Positions 40,626-54,345 of a stretch of DNA of 64,000 bases are shown here, one piece after another. The position numbers and the translations under genes were made by a program. The stretch comes from Octopus vulgaris (Eukaryota). The notes under the pieces are model-generated. The model was not told where the DNA came from. It made no database searches and was given only the letters and a program-made list of their open reading frames with translations. Where the stretch lies: the NCBI GenBank assembly GCA_951406725.2, contig OX597816.1:97774001-97838000 (forward strand), in the 5' to 3' direction. Each line of letters begins with the position of its first letter. Position 1 is the stretch's first letter.

Positions 40626-41006
40626 TACACTTGCGTCAGAAATTAATTAGCACTTCTCAAATTTCTACATTAAATAGGTTAAATCAATTAACCTTTGAGC
40701 TGTTCAAAACGTCTTACGCGATGAGAAAACTTAGTATGGTGTGATTTCGGTCCTTGCGAGGCGCTACCTATATCTATTGAACAAAGGAAGATTTGTCTGC
40801 ATCCGCACTCCAAGTTGTTGCACTGCTATGTCAACATCATAAGGCTGTAGACTCTCAAACTGCTCTGCAAACAAAGTTACGTCATCGTTCTGCGCAACAG
40901 TGAACTCGCAACAAAGCAATAGTTCGAGATATGGCCACTAGGTGACAGCACATACCTTGAGTGAAGAGCAAATCAAGGGTGCTAATTAATTTCTGACGGT
41001 AGTGTA
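40626..41006. mobile_element. Tc1-type MITE or deletion derivative
   Basis: TA-cacttgcgtcagaaattaattagcac and gtgctaattaatttctgacggtagtg-TA. Confidence 0.8.
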
Positions 41007-43419
41007 TATGGCAGTCATATTTAGGGGGGGGGCATAGGGATGATTCTCCTGTTGCCTCTCAACGTAGCAAGGAAGGCAGTTTTATTCTGTCTAGTGGCTG
41101 TAGCCAAATAATTTTTATGATGGACGTGTTTGAAACATATGAAGAGTGAGACGTTCTTCTCTGGTTGAACCCACATTAATATCTTCAATATAAAAGATTG
41201 TAAGATACGAGTCATTTGGAAAGCACTCATGACCTTGGTTTTACTGATACATTGGAAGGAAGAGAGACTCAATTGGCCCCATACATCCTCCTGCCTCCGA
41301 AAGCTTGCATCATTGTCATTACCACCATCATTTTAATTATTGCTAGGTTTTTGCTGTCCTGTTTGTTTGCTTTTTTTCCAATCTATGTTTTGTCAGTTGA
41401 TAGACATTTTTGACTTGCAATCGAAAAAATAAATTTAACTGAAATTGAGAAGCAGCGAAATTTATTCACTTTACTTCCCTATTAGCATAATAATGAGGTG
41501 ACCCTTATGGGGCATTCGAAACCAGAGAGAAGATTTTACTTTTCAAGAAACCCAATTTCTTGTTCTACATAATACACCGTCTATTACGAACAATATGCCG
41601 AAAACCAACACATATATCCGGGACATTGAAGTACATTCTGATCGAATAGACTAATCCTAATCTTGCAGATTGCAGCAAAATTATTCAAAAACATTACAAT
41701 CTCGTTCTGTCAATTTTGATGTAGACTAGCCTAAGGAATTGGCGGAATTTGAATGATTATTGATTTTCGAATGATACTGCAAGTAGAGCTATGGGAAACA
41801 AATTGATCCGATAGACATGTTAAACAAGTGATAAATTAAGCTGTCACCACGTGACATTCTTTTACTATTTGTGAAATAATAAGTCAAACTTTGATATTCT
41901 AGATATGTACCAAGAACATTCTGTTGTATTTAATAGAAATATTTATTTAAAGAAGAAATATGAAATATTGAGCATACATTGTGTCTAAAAATTCCTCTAT
42001 CTAACGCTTATCGAAAATTTCGACCCAGTTATTTTACAATAATATGTTGTTTGTTTAGCCGGTAAAATTTGCATACACCGGGACATATTTTTGCATATAA
42101 TATATTTTCCAACATATCATTCCTATTCACTCTCGTGTCACCTATTTTAACTCAAAAACTTGCCGTTTGACGCCATTCGTGGACTTGAACCTATTGCAAA
42201 CATTAACACCAGGTCTTCAATTTTAAGACATATCATCATTATCACTAGTTTTGCAGGAACATAGGAAATGCCATTCCCTCCTACTATGAAACATAATTTA
42301 CGCAATAGACAGAATATCACTTCTTGATATCAAGCGTGTCTTAACAATTCTAGTTTTCATTTCTAATAACAATGCAAAATTAATCAAGCAGGTTGTGCAG
42401 GAACGTAATTCTCGAGAGACAATATTCTGAGGAGGGAGGAACACATTTATTGTGTTCTAAGAGGGCGCGTGAGTTGTTAAAGTACGGGTAACGTGAGGAG
42501 CGCTGTTCATATTGTGTCGGAAACCAACCTTTGATTGAATTCCGCTCGCTTATTGTTAGTTTGAAGATAAATAACTGGCTTATAAGCACACAAATGTATA
42601 AATGTGTACGTTGATATATGTATACAAATGCGTACACAAATATGTATACAAAAGCTACATATATCTAGGAAAATAAGCAACATTTTGCGATGCGTGTGAG
42701 GAAAAGAACAATATAAGAGTACATTATGGTATATGAAATGCTCCGGCAGAAAGTGCGAAAATCTAGTTGCTCGGCAAATTAAAGTATCAAACATGAGGAG
42801 CAGAAACATAAAGGATAGCTTTAGTCGGAAGTGGGTCAACAATCGTATACAAAAGAAAATACATAGCAGCAAGTCTGTGTGCTATGCTGACGCAAGACTG
42901 AATTTCAAAAGGAAAGAATATATATTTCTATGAAAGGAAAATTGTTATAGGCAGAGAGTTTAGTATGAAAAGAAGAGATCGCATTTGCTGATGCTTACGA
43001 GCGAGGTGTAGAGCTGAGTTGATGACTGCATGCTACATATATCGCAGGGAAAGGGAATTCCGTGTTGTCAAGTAAAACCAAGGATAGCCGATCTCAAACG
43101 TGATTTAAGGACATTAAATGACAAGCCACAGGGTGGTTACCGATCACTTAAATGTTCAGATTTGTCTATTTACAAATAATTGCATATCTTCTAAAGAATG
43201 TTTTAAGCTAAGTTGTTGGAGTTGCATTGAAGCTGCTAGTGATGTGAATTTGGAGTTTTGGACTGGTTAAAGATTTAGGTAGAATAGAAATAGACTATGA
43301 TAACATCATAGTACTGGTCTCTGTGTGGCTGGGAAAGGGAAAGCTTGCAACACTTAAAGGTGAACAAAAACTGAAAATAAAAGATTACACGTACGAAAGC
43401 TATACAGCAAATATTTGGC

Positions 43420-43508
<89 letters not shown>

Positions 43509-43805
43509 GTTTTACCTTATAACCAAAAGGGACAGTGATATTATTGCAGACCTAGGATGCAACTGAAAATAAACATTATGTCAAATTTGTTTAGAAGACA
43601 TAACACTTGATCAGTAGCTGCTAAAATACATCTTTAAGGTCAGCCGAGGGGCTTCTCGTTTAATCGATGTACAGAGAAGGGCAGAAAGAGCGGGAGATGT
43701 AGTAAATGACGTTGGTAGAAGTGCAGGTAAAGGAGTCGATGATATGATAGGGACGATGATGAGTGCCTGTGAGGATGGTGTTGTTTATCTACCTCTCTCT
43801 CTATA

Positions 43806-43897
<92 letters not shown>

Positions 43898-43919
43898 TAT
43901 ATACATATATATATATAAA

Positions 43920-44345
43920 TTAATAATCATAACTGAGATTTGTAAATCCATCTTTTTCTGCAGTCAATCATATCTTTCCCTTTCTGCTGCAAGTCAGTGC
44001 ACATAGCAAAATTTTGCATCTTGGTGTGCATTTTAGTGTTAATCGCTACTTCTTCAGTGTGCTACTAAATGCTTTTCATTTCCCATCTAAACTAAATACA
44101 AATCCAACCAACGTGTATAAAATATTTTGGTTCGACTTGTATTTAGTTCAGATGAGAAATGAAATGCATCTAATAGCACCCTGAAAAAGCGGCAATTAAC
44201 ACTAAAATGCACACCAAGGTGCAAACTTTTGCAGTGTGCACTGAATTGCAGCAAAAACATATGTAGGCGCAGAAATGGAAAAAACCGATTGACTGCAGAA
44301 TAAAACTGGATTTATAAGTCCTTGTTGTCCATATTATTGATTTAT
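43920..44345. mobile_element. Fold-back (palindromic) element with ~190 bp arms
   Basis: Arms are reverse complements, for example ttgcatcttggtgtgcattttagtgttaat and attaacactaaaatgcacaccaaggtgcaa. The centre is near 44120 with a ~15 bp loop. Confidence 0.85.
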
Positions 44346-45494
44346 TATTTATTTTCTACTGACAACATGCAGTATCTCACTATAGAGACATATGGATTTA
44401 CCGATGTGAATATCTACATAGGATAGTGAAATAAACTAACTATACTCACAGTGGTTAGCTAGCGTTGTTAACCGGTAAAAATGAATAAGGTTCCAAAGAC
44501 GATTGTATATCCCTACCAACCTCATTTGGAAACTTACCTATTTATATATATAAGCTTCGATGATTTGCATAGCCTCTCTCTTTCACCCCACACATGCACA
44601 CACACACACTCACACACAAGCACACGCACAAGCACACACACATATACGATTATGGATGGATGGCTAGAAAACCCGAGTTCTACTGATACACAATGATTTG
44701 TTTTTCATTAGAAATCCGTCATGTATTTTATTTGATGTATTCCATCACATTTATAACAATAAAATAAAAAATCTAATATATTAAGCGGTAAATTAAACTA
44801 AAATCTTTCCTAACAACAAACGAAATGTATGGATTCCATAAAATGCATTTTAATAAATATATTCATTATTAAAAACACAGCCCAGGTGTTTCTGCTACTC
44901 TTGTTACCGAAATATTGGATGGGTGTGAAAAGATATCTTAAATCTTATGAGGAGGAGGATTTGAAGTCCCTGTTAAGAAAAATTAAAATGCATGACAAAT
45001 TTTCAAAAGCGATAATCAGCTTTCAGTATCAAATCCTTAATTTATTCTGAAGGAAAACTCGGCACAAATTGTAAATTAATAAATGCCATTCATCCAAGAG
45101 CGAACATATTTAATAAATTAACAGATGAATTTTAATCTTCAACTTATGCGAAACTAACTTAACACTATGCGTATTTACATATTACCTGTGATGTTAGGAG
45201 TTTTGGCGTCAGTGCAGATGGTGTTACTGGCCAATTACACATGTTTGTAATTTTCTGCGTCACCGAAGTTAATCACAGATATAAATATGTATCTAACCAA
45301 TGATTTACGGTTCCTACCCCTTTAGCAATTATCTACATGAAAAGATTTTCCTCATTTCCAACTATTCTCACGTGACTTGTATGTAGAGTTTCTAATTACA
45401 TCTGAAATTATTAATTTAATTTTGTCTACCATTATCTACGATGAATTTGCCTTATTTGCAATAATTTCGATCAATGTTTATACCCATCCTTTGA

Positions 45495-45710
45495 AGCGGT
45501 GAGCTGGCAGAATCGTTAGAATGCCAGGAGAAATACCTAGCGGAACTTCACCCGTCTTTACGTTCTGAGTTCAAACTCCGCCGAGGTCAACTTTGCCTTC
45601 CTCCCCTATGACGCCTATAAAATAGGATCCATTTGAGCACTGGAGTCGGTTTAATCGACTTAGTACCACCCTAAAGAATGATGGCTTTGTACCATAATTT
45701 GAAACCAGTA
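45495..45710 (+). mobile_element. SINE family B
   Basis: gcggtgagctggcagaatcgttag..gagttcaaactccgccgaggtc. Confidence 0.85.
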
Positions 45711-45799
45711 TATATATATATATATATCAATCCAACAGGGTTCATTTTTTAAAAATAAATTTATAAGGAGATTGCGGTGTTGCAATATATTAAAGTTAA

Positions 45800-46850
45800 A
45801 TCATAAGCAAGATTATCGAAGATTACTTAACAAGAACCAATATGAAATTGAAACCTTAGAGGGCCCCGTTTCCTTACGTTGTTGGGATGTATATTATCAT
45901 AGTGATATAGATAATATTCTATGACTAACATCATTATCAAAATTTCCATTAACCCTTCCTTTAAAATGCCACAGCGAAATGCAATGGTCAGGAACAAGTA
46001 AACGATACCCAAGTTGTTATGTAATCTTGTAATTTTTGATCAGCTCTGTGGGAGGGGTTAGTGACATTTGTAGTCTCTTAATATTGGTTGTTATTTTCGT
46101 GTTACGATATGTTTGCATTGGTTACATATGACTATATTTTCTGTGTCATTGCAGCTTTACGGTTTCAGAAATATTTGTTAGTTAATTCCTGCCGGTCTAG
46201 TGGCAGTGAAGTTATTCTGACATTCTGCTCTTTATTAAATGATCACTGTATTTTAGTTAATGTAGTTTTAGTCATATGCTTTTGTTTCAAACTATTCAAT
46301 ATTTTGAATCATAAGTTAACCTTGATATTATAAGTACTAATAGATGAGTTCGCACAAATGTATACACATAGTTTCTTGAGATTCTGATGGACATGCTAGA
46401 CAAAGGGTTCACTCTAGAGTTCATTAGTATTTCATTCCAATTTATTATCATATTAAACGTTTGTAATACGCCCGACAATAGCAGTTAGAAACAAGGGTTT
46501 TATCATTATTTAGGCAGCTGTATCTTACTTAACGCTGTGTAATCATTGATACGGTAATGATGCCAGCAATCGGGTTCTATATAAGAGTATGCAAAAAGAT
46601 ATCATTAGCAGCATTCCAAATTAAGCGAACCAACATAATATATATCGATCTCTCAAACAAGATAAACATCTCAAAGAGTAAATGAGGGCAGCCTCTCTTA
46701 AGATTACTTAACTTGCCAGTAAACATTTCTGAACATACAACATACCATTTAATTAATGCAGCCTTAGAAAATTTATGTCTATAATAAAGTAATGCAGATA
46801 GACACAGATGAAATGTTTTGATCCTCAGACTCCTCATTGTATGCCAGATT
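45800..46850 (-). mobile_element. Very decayed PLE RT, similar type to 25700-26800
   Basis: NAANDIF (cf. DKAANN), IAG (cf. RFIAG) and NSRVNP (cf. SGVN) remnants occur in the expected order. Confidence 0.35.
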
Positions 46851-47392
46851 GATGATAATCAATAACATATTATTGCAACTTTGCTTGTAATGTGCTCACG
46901 TGATGTTCACATACTACTGGGGATTAATTAAATATACGGTATAACACTCCTATTAGTCTATTTTCAGTCAGAAAATAAAATCAATATTTTGTTTATCTAC
47001 TAACATATTTGATGAAGTATGTGGAGTTCATACATTCGGTGTAACATAATATTTCATTGCAGAAAATTATTTCTAAGTGACAATAAATTCCTTTTCAACT
47101 TCCAACAGGAATATTTTCATTATTGCAAAAAATTATAGTAATAATTTTATTATGTTTGAACTTTATCTCGGTATAAAACACTTGAACAATGTGGCTACAT
47201 GTTATGCAGATTGACCAACAAGCACGTATTATTATTTATATGATTGGAGATGTATCAATGGGACTTGCAAATATGATTTAATGAAAGATATATAAAATAT
47301 ACAGTTATATGTAGCATTGTAAATTAGCTACACTCGCATACAAAGAAAAGCTTTTATAAATGTGCATTTATCCGTATATTTATGCATTATGT

Positions 47393-47484
<92 letters not shown>

Positions 47485-48039
47485 GGAGGGAGGGAGAGAG
47501 AGAAAAAGAGAGAGTGTGTGTTTGTGTGTGTGTGATTTAGAATGAAAGTTATTTTGGAGGTCAAATGCGCATTTCATTTGGCTTGGGGTACGATTCAAGA
47601 ATAATATAACTAAGAAATATAACATATTGCAGAGTCAGAAAAAAATCAATATATACAATATATGCAATTAATATTTTATTGAATGCAGATTATGTAACTG
47701 GACGCCTACATAAATTTGTTAGCCCGTCAGAGCAGTGACTTAATAAAAGACAGTCATGATATGCAACTTCACTTAACCATGCACAGCTTTTGATGAGAGT
47801 GTTATGCCTCGATTGTAGCATGACAACAGTCCAGTGCTATTTCAGTCCTTGTAGTTGCGAGGTACACTTTCGAGTTTCGCTCCTATATTCACTTACGGCA
47901 CCAGCATTTTTCTGAAAAATTAATGAGGCTTAGTCATCATCTGCTGGTACAATAGTAACCGTAGCATTAGCCGCATGAGACTATTATATTATGTTACAAA
48001 AGTTAGCGAACATATCTGCAGCTTGCCTCCATTCAATGG

Positions 48040-49620
48040 TAATGAATGACAATAGCACAATTAAAGAATGCCCATTTGTAATTGATGCCAGTAATGGAGC
48101 ACTACTTGAACGTATATCCATGGCATCTCAAGTTGAAACAAAAAAAAAAAAAAATTGTCTTTCAACATATTTACTTATATTGTTTATAGGTTTCAGCCGG
48201 TTGATATATACTGGAATTGTGTCTGTTTGTCGTTTACAGTATAAAGTTACTGATGCTATGAAATATAATATTCCTAGTGATTTTGTGTAGAAATATCCGA
48301 ATGTTAATCATGACACAAAATAATATTGGGAGGGAAGGATCAATATCAAGACCCGAAATCTGTTCTTAGCATAGCAGATGCCGTTAGTATTTTGGTTGAT
48401 TTACTGTTGTTATAAGTTTTGCAATAGCGAAAGTGGCAAATGTTTCTAGTGTGAAGCAGCTCTAAAGAATAATGACAGGGTGAAGTAGTAATTAGCGCAA
48501 ATACATGAGACACGGCAATATAGATAATGCACATGTTGACACATATACCAACATATACCAACTAAGAATGTAGATCATGCAAATTAACTATCACGACGAA
48601 TTTCGAAAATTTCTGAACTATTTGAATATATTGCGACAGCCGCTTTGCGAATAGAAAATGAAATTTAAAATGTTTTGTGTAGCGTCATTCGTGAACTGCC
48701 AGTTACCTTGCAAGACATAGAATTAAAATCTGAAAACGATAACTTAAATATAAAAATGAAAGAAATACTGAAGGCTAAAAGAGACAAAAGTATATGCAAC
48801 ACAAATGCGAACAAATTCTCACTGTGTGACAATGTGTTGATGTATGCACAAAGAGTCGTAGTGCCAGCCACACTACAAAAGCGATTATTAACGGAACTTC
48901 ATATGGTTCACCCAAGAATTTCGAGAATGAAATCATTAATGAGAAGTTACGTATATTGAACAACAATGACCGTGACATCGAAGAATCTGTGAAAAATGCA
49001 CAAGGTGTGACTTAGCTACAAAATCTTCCACCACTAAATGGTAAGCGTAGCTGAGAACTAATGTTCGCAATTTAATATCTGGATGATATAATCATTAAAA
49101 GTATGCCTGGCTGCATACTGATTACGTAGGTTCACTTAAGCGTTCATATTACCTTATAGTAGTGGATAGTTTTTCAAAGTGGCCGGAAGTATATAAATGT
49201 AAAAGCAGATATATGCGGTTACAATAATTTTTTTTCACGAATTGTTCCCCATTTATAGTATTTCGGATACCACTGTGTCGGATAATGGAACTCAATTTCT
49301 GTCAGACTAGTTCAGAAAATTTTGCTAGATGTTCTTCATCAAACATGTGACCGCTTCACCCTATCATCATAGGTTAAATGGACAAGTGGAGTGTTTTGTT
49401 GACACTTTCAAGAGGGCGTTGGAATGGCGAACAATCAAATGACGAACGGTTTTGCATTTCAACAATTTCTAAGAATGTACTGAATAGCATCTAATCCGAA
49501 TACAGCATCCGGAATGTTACTCGCAGAACTGATGTTTGATACGTCTTTGGTAAGCTGATACCGAGTGAAAATTAAAAAAAGGTGAACAGCAAAAATACTG
49601 AAAAATTCTTCCGAAGTATT
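48040..49620 (+). mobile_element. Ty3/Gypsy pol relic (RNase H remnant and integrase)
   Basis: IDASNG; LCDNVLMYAQRVVVPATLQKRLLTELHMVHPRISRMKSLMRSYVY; YLIVVDSFSKWPEV; VSDNGTQF; SPYH..NGQVE.FVDTFKRAL. Confidence 0.92.
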
Positions 49621-49689
49621 TCTGAGATGCAAAATTCCAAGTTAGGTGAACATAATATAAATGAGTAACAGAAATGTACAGGTGAGAAT

Positions 49690-49945
49690 TAACATCGGCT
49701 TTCAAGCAGCTCATTTAATTGATTAATGAAAACATTACATCAATTTTAATCGTGTATATACCACAGGTATGACAAAAGAAACAATGTAAATATCTTGAGT
49801 TCCATTATTAATGTAAATACTATAAAAATTATTATTTCGTTATGTTTGAAGTCTATGTAGCCATCTGACGAGGACGGTCTAAGGTTTGATATAATGTTTT
49901 CGTTAATCAATTAAAGGAGATGCTTGAAACGGCCGTAATGAATTG
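49690..49945. mobile_element. Inverted pair of HHR pseudo-LTR fragments (GAAACGGCCGTA family)
   Basis: Plus copy cat-CTGACGA..gctt-GAAA-CGGCCG-TA-atg at 49862-49940. A decayed minus copy lies at about 49690-49770. Confidence 0.7.
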
Positions 49946-49971
49946 ACATATATACATCTTTGTTACTCATT

Positions 49972-49974
<3 letters not shown>

Positions 49975-50038
<64 letters not shown>

Positions 50039-50237
50039 GTGTGTGTGTGTGCATGTGGGTGCGTGTGTGTGCATATGTATATATATACATATATACACAC
50101 ATATATATATATGCATATATGTATGTATATATATATATATGAATATATATATCTATATATATATGTATATATGTATATATATATATAAATATGTATATAT
50201 GTGTATATATATATATGAATATATATGTATATATATG

Positions 50238-50278
<41 letters not shown>

Positions 50279-50415
50279 GTGTATATATGTATATATATAT
50301 ATATATATGAGATATATATATATATGTATATATATATGGATATATATATGCATATATATGTAGATATGTATGTATATATTAATGTATGCATATATGTATG
50401 TAAGTATGTATGTAT
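49975..50415. repeat. Compound (TA)n/(TATG)n microsatellite
   Basis: Read directly from the sequence. Confidence 0.95.
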
Positions 50416-50639
50416 GCAAAGGATGTTCGAGCTAGATTTGGCTATACTGATGCACACATTTTGAAAAGCATAATGATTAATGAAAAGAAAATTAGCTGAC
50501 AAGGATGACTAGAGGACCTTTGAATATTCCAAATTACAATTATCATGATGATACGCACCAGGTATCAAAATTCTACACCATTCTTCTTAATGCTCTTTGA
50601 ACGCCGTAAAGAGTGTATAAGTTGTCACATCGTGCGCTA

Positions 50640-51150
50640 AAACAGACTACAATGATGTGGCCAACGGGAAAGAACACAGCAGTTGTTCTGCGCTGAATGC
50701 TGAAGCCATCCCTACATCTTTAAAGACAGACTTAGGCTCAATTAAGACGGCTATATGAAGCTGCTGCAGTGTATGGAGAATCCTTTCGTGGAAAGAATTG
50801 GTGCTGGAAGGCTATATATGTAGCAGCAGGCTCTATACCTTACCTTCGGAATGAGTCAGAAGTATTCGTCGGCAAATTTCTTTGATTTCCCTACTCCCGA
50901 TTTCTATCCACCTAAGCCTCCCTTTTGTAATCTCATGGTTCATTATTTGTGAAGTTTATTTGAGAAAGAAACCAACCCACACCGTTTGCAATGCCAGGGT
51001 CCGTCTGTTTGCGAAGACCAAAGAGGAGTTCGAAGGTCTTCAAGGGCCACAGTGAAGAACATATGCGCCAGGTCCTGGAACCATCTTGATGGTGTGGTAG
51101 AAGCTGAGGACGGCTGTTTCAGTATATTTTGTTTTACGCAGACTGTGAAA
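50640..51150 (+). pseudogene. Decayed Tc1/mariner (maT/DD37D-like) transposase C-terminus
   Basis: ERIGAGRLY.*QQ..SQK...NFFDF.TPDFYPP.PP.CN.M resembles AGRPYVWQQD..SQ.W..NF..WPPNSPDCNP.D. Confidence 0.7.
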
Positions 51151-51159
51151 TTTACATCC

Positions 51160-51204
<45 letters not shown>

Positions 51205-51261
51205 AAAAACTAAATGAAGTTGGTAACTATAAAGAAGTATATCGTAGAGAATGTTTAACAA

Positions 51262-51299
51262 AATATAACCGGTTTCGACGTATCCATCTTCTAAAATAT
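51262..51299 (-). ncRNA. Decayed minimal hammerhead motif
   Basis: Minus strand aatat..TAGAAGA..gtc-GAAA-CCGG-TT-atatt. Confidence 0.4.
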
Positions 51300-53909
51300 T
51301 TGAAATATTGGAAAGGTCTTGGGGGGAAGCAGAGAGAAAAGCCAAATATGGTTAGAAAAACAGTTTTTACCTAAAATTGAGTATATATTTATATACAGAT
51401 GCACACACATACCTACCTATAGACCTTGGTGCATAACTCCCTGTGAGTGTTTGTGTGTGTGCGAGTGTATGCGTGCGAATGTGTGTGTTTGTGTGTGAAT
51501 GTGTATGTGTGTGTGCGTGTGTGCTGCAGTGAGAGATAAGTACCTGAGATGCAAAAAGCATAGTGTAACAATAGTTATATAGCTACAGATTCATAGATGC
51601 ATATGTGCTTTTGCGTAATTATGTATTTGTGCGCGGGCAAAACGAGTTGTAACCAGAATATCCATTTTGTTGATCCAAAGAGATTGGATATGAATATAAT
51701 ATACTATCAATGATATTTTGGGATTATTAAATGAAAACTTGGATAAAACTTTGGATGCATTTCCATTTCTTATTGTATTTTAGTCTAATCATTCAATGTA
51801 TCTTAAGAAACTAATTTTAATTTTAATGAAAGTCTTACCTAAATCGTGTTTCATATGTAAAGCAATCTATTTTTGTCCTAATATAAAACCAATATTCTTC
51901 AATTTATGGTTTACAATGTGAAATCTGTTTTATTTATTTAGGTTTGATTTGAATATCTCAGTTGTAGGCTTTATCTATATATCAGTGATCATAGGCACGG
52001 AAATAGTTCTATGATTTGCAATAAAACACTTAGGTTTACCTTTGATCTGGAATTGCTTATGAGAAAAAGAGGTTTTTTTTTGTTTTTTGGACTGGTAATC
52101 ATTTATTACTGACGTATTTCAATAGAAATACAAGGATCGATATCTAAGGAAAAGAAAGCGAAATCTGATGCACTGAAGAAAAAGAATATATAGGTATATA
52201 CAAAACTAAATAAAAATTGAAAATACCGTCGGAACTCGCAGTGTCTATTGTGGGCCAGGGAATATTTTATCTCTTGCAAAACAATGTCGCTATTTGCTAT
52301 TATTACATAGCTGTGAATTTCGTCAAGTGGAAAATCATTTTCGTGCCAATCAGTACCTGACTTTGGTTCAGAGGAAAAACTTAACAGGGAAATTTACGAT
52401 GGGATTTGATAGTTGCTACACCAAGTTTATTACACTTTAAAACCCTTCGCTCTAAGGTATCGCTATTCTGTTTTCCTTTAATCTTTGTTATGAGAGCTCT
52501 TTAAATCTGTAAGTTATTCATAGGAGAAACATTTGAACATTGTTGTTAATTGTTGATACAAACATTTTTCGGAAACCAATAGCTCTATTATGAAATGTAG
52601 ATGTATTTTAAATGGATGCTTATCAGTTGTTGGTTATTTAAAGAAGATAATTATCACTAGAAATCGCTTTGCTGCCTCATAACTAAAGGACAACGTAATT
52701 TGGGAAGAAACGTAATTTGCAGGATGTAGGAAAAATAACTGAACTGGAAAATTTAATTGAATAAGTTACATTTTACTAAAAGCCTGATACATTGTTAAGT
52801 ATAGATTTGCTCTCATGGTCTATACTGTGTTGAAGTTGTACAAATTATTCTAAAATGCAGGAGCTAATATTATTGACACATTTTGTGTCTACCAAACTAA
52901 TCTTTCAGTGTTTGAAGTGGCTGCACCGTAGCTATAGAGATTACAAAGTGATGATGATCATGTTCCAGATAATGTAATTTAATAATCATTGGTTGCGACG
53001 GTTTCTCCACAGAGCAGGAATTGCTTACAAATACGAATGCAAACTTAGCATAAATCATGTGTGCGCATGTGTTAGTATACAAAAGTGTGCTGTGCGAATG
53101 AGTGTGTGAGTGAGAAAATGCGTGAATGAGTGAGTGAATGTGTGTGTATGCGTGTGCGTGCGTGTGTGAGGTCAATAAATATTCCATTATGTACTTTGCT
53201 AGAAGTGTACGAATATCATTTAGAGAGTAATGATTTGATGCACTATAAACAATGATAGCAAAGGATAATGAATTCTCTTTAAAATGCACTCCAAAAATGT
53301 GACCTGGCCAGTAATGTTACTCTTGGTCAGAGACATCAGTAATATTTACAGTCTTCAACATTACTCCGAAAATACTGTTTTAAGGAAGAAATGTAAATGG
53401 AAATGAATGCTACTGCTTTTTTTTTTTCAAAAGAGTGTAAGCGAAGATATAACACAAAGCTTTGCTTTTTAGCTTGCACAGTTCAAATCTATCCATTTGC
53501 ATACCTTTATAATTTTTACCTCTTCTATGCTCTGGGAAATATTTGATGTAGACTTCAAACAAACCCTAATGTCGACTTGTAGAGTTCTATAGAATTCATC
53601 TGTCACCTATGTGTTAAAAGAACAAAACAGCAACAATGTATCTATTCCTGTTCTATTCAACGTTAAACATTCAATACATCTAAATTGATAGGCCACCCCC
53701 AAGGACTATGACCTATGAAATGGCTTAACGAAAATTTATACAGAAAACCGACTGCAAATATCAAATAGAGTTATTTTATCTTGTTAGGATGCCTAAGTAT
53801 TTAATTACAAAATAGAATAATGACGAATGTAAGAGCGTATCAAATGTATATACTTTGCTTGAACTCGTAATTGTGATTCTCTAGATAGGCGAATTTACAG
53901 TTCTTGATT

Positions 53910-54345
53910 ATATATAAGAAATAATACAGATTCAGTTGAATTAGGTACCTATGTTGAGGCACCAAGTCAGTCCGTTATTTTCCGCACAACTCGAATTTAG
54001 GTGAATAAAAGCAAACAAATAATAAAGAGGTGCATGTATCAGTGTAATACGGCCGTTTCAAGCAGTACCGTTTAATCGATCAATGCAAATATTACATCAA
54101 TTTGCTAAAATAATAGCAAAAAGAAGCAATATAATTAGTTTAGTCTCTAATATTGATGAGAAATCTGCTAAAAATTTATAATGGAGTATCCTGTATGTTG
54201 GAAATCATTATGGTCGTGTGCCTCCGAGGAGAGCGGTTTATTTCAATTTGATGTACACTTTTCATTGATCGATTAATGGAGCCGCTTGAAACGGCCGTAA
54301 TGCCCTAATGCCTGGACATCCTTGTTACTTATTTGCTTTATATTA
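53910..54345. mobile_element. Inverted pair of HHR pseudo-LTRs (GAAACGGCCGTA family)
   Basis: Minus copy at 53910-54105. Plus copy CCGAGGA-GAGCGGTTT-[insert]-GAGCCGCTT-GAAA-CGGCCG-TA at 54224-54299. Confidence 0.75.
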
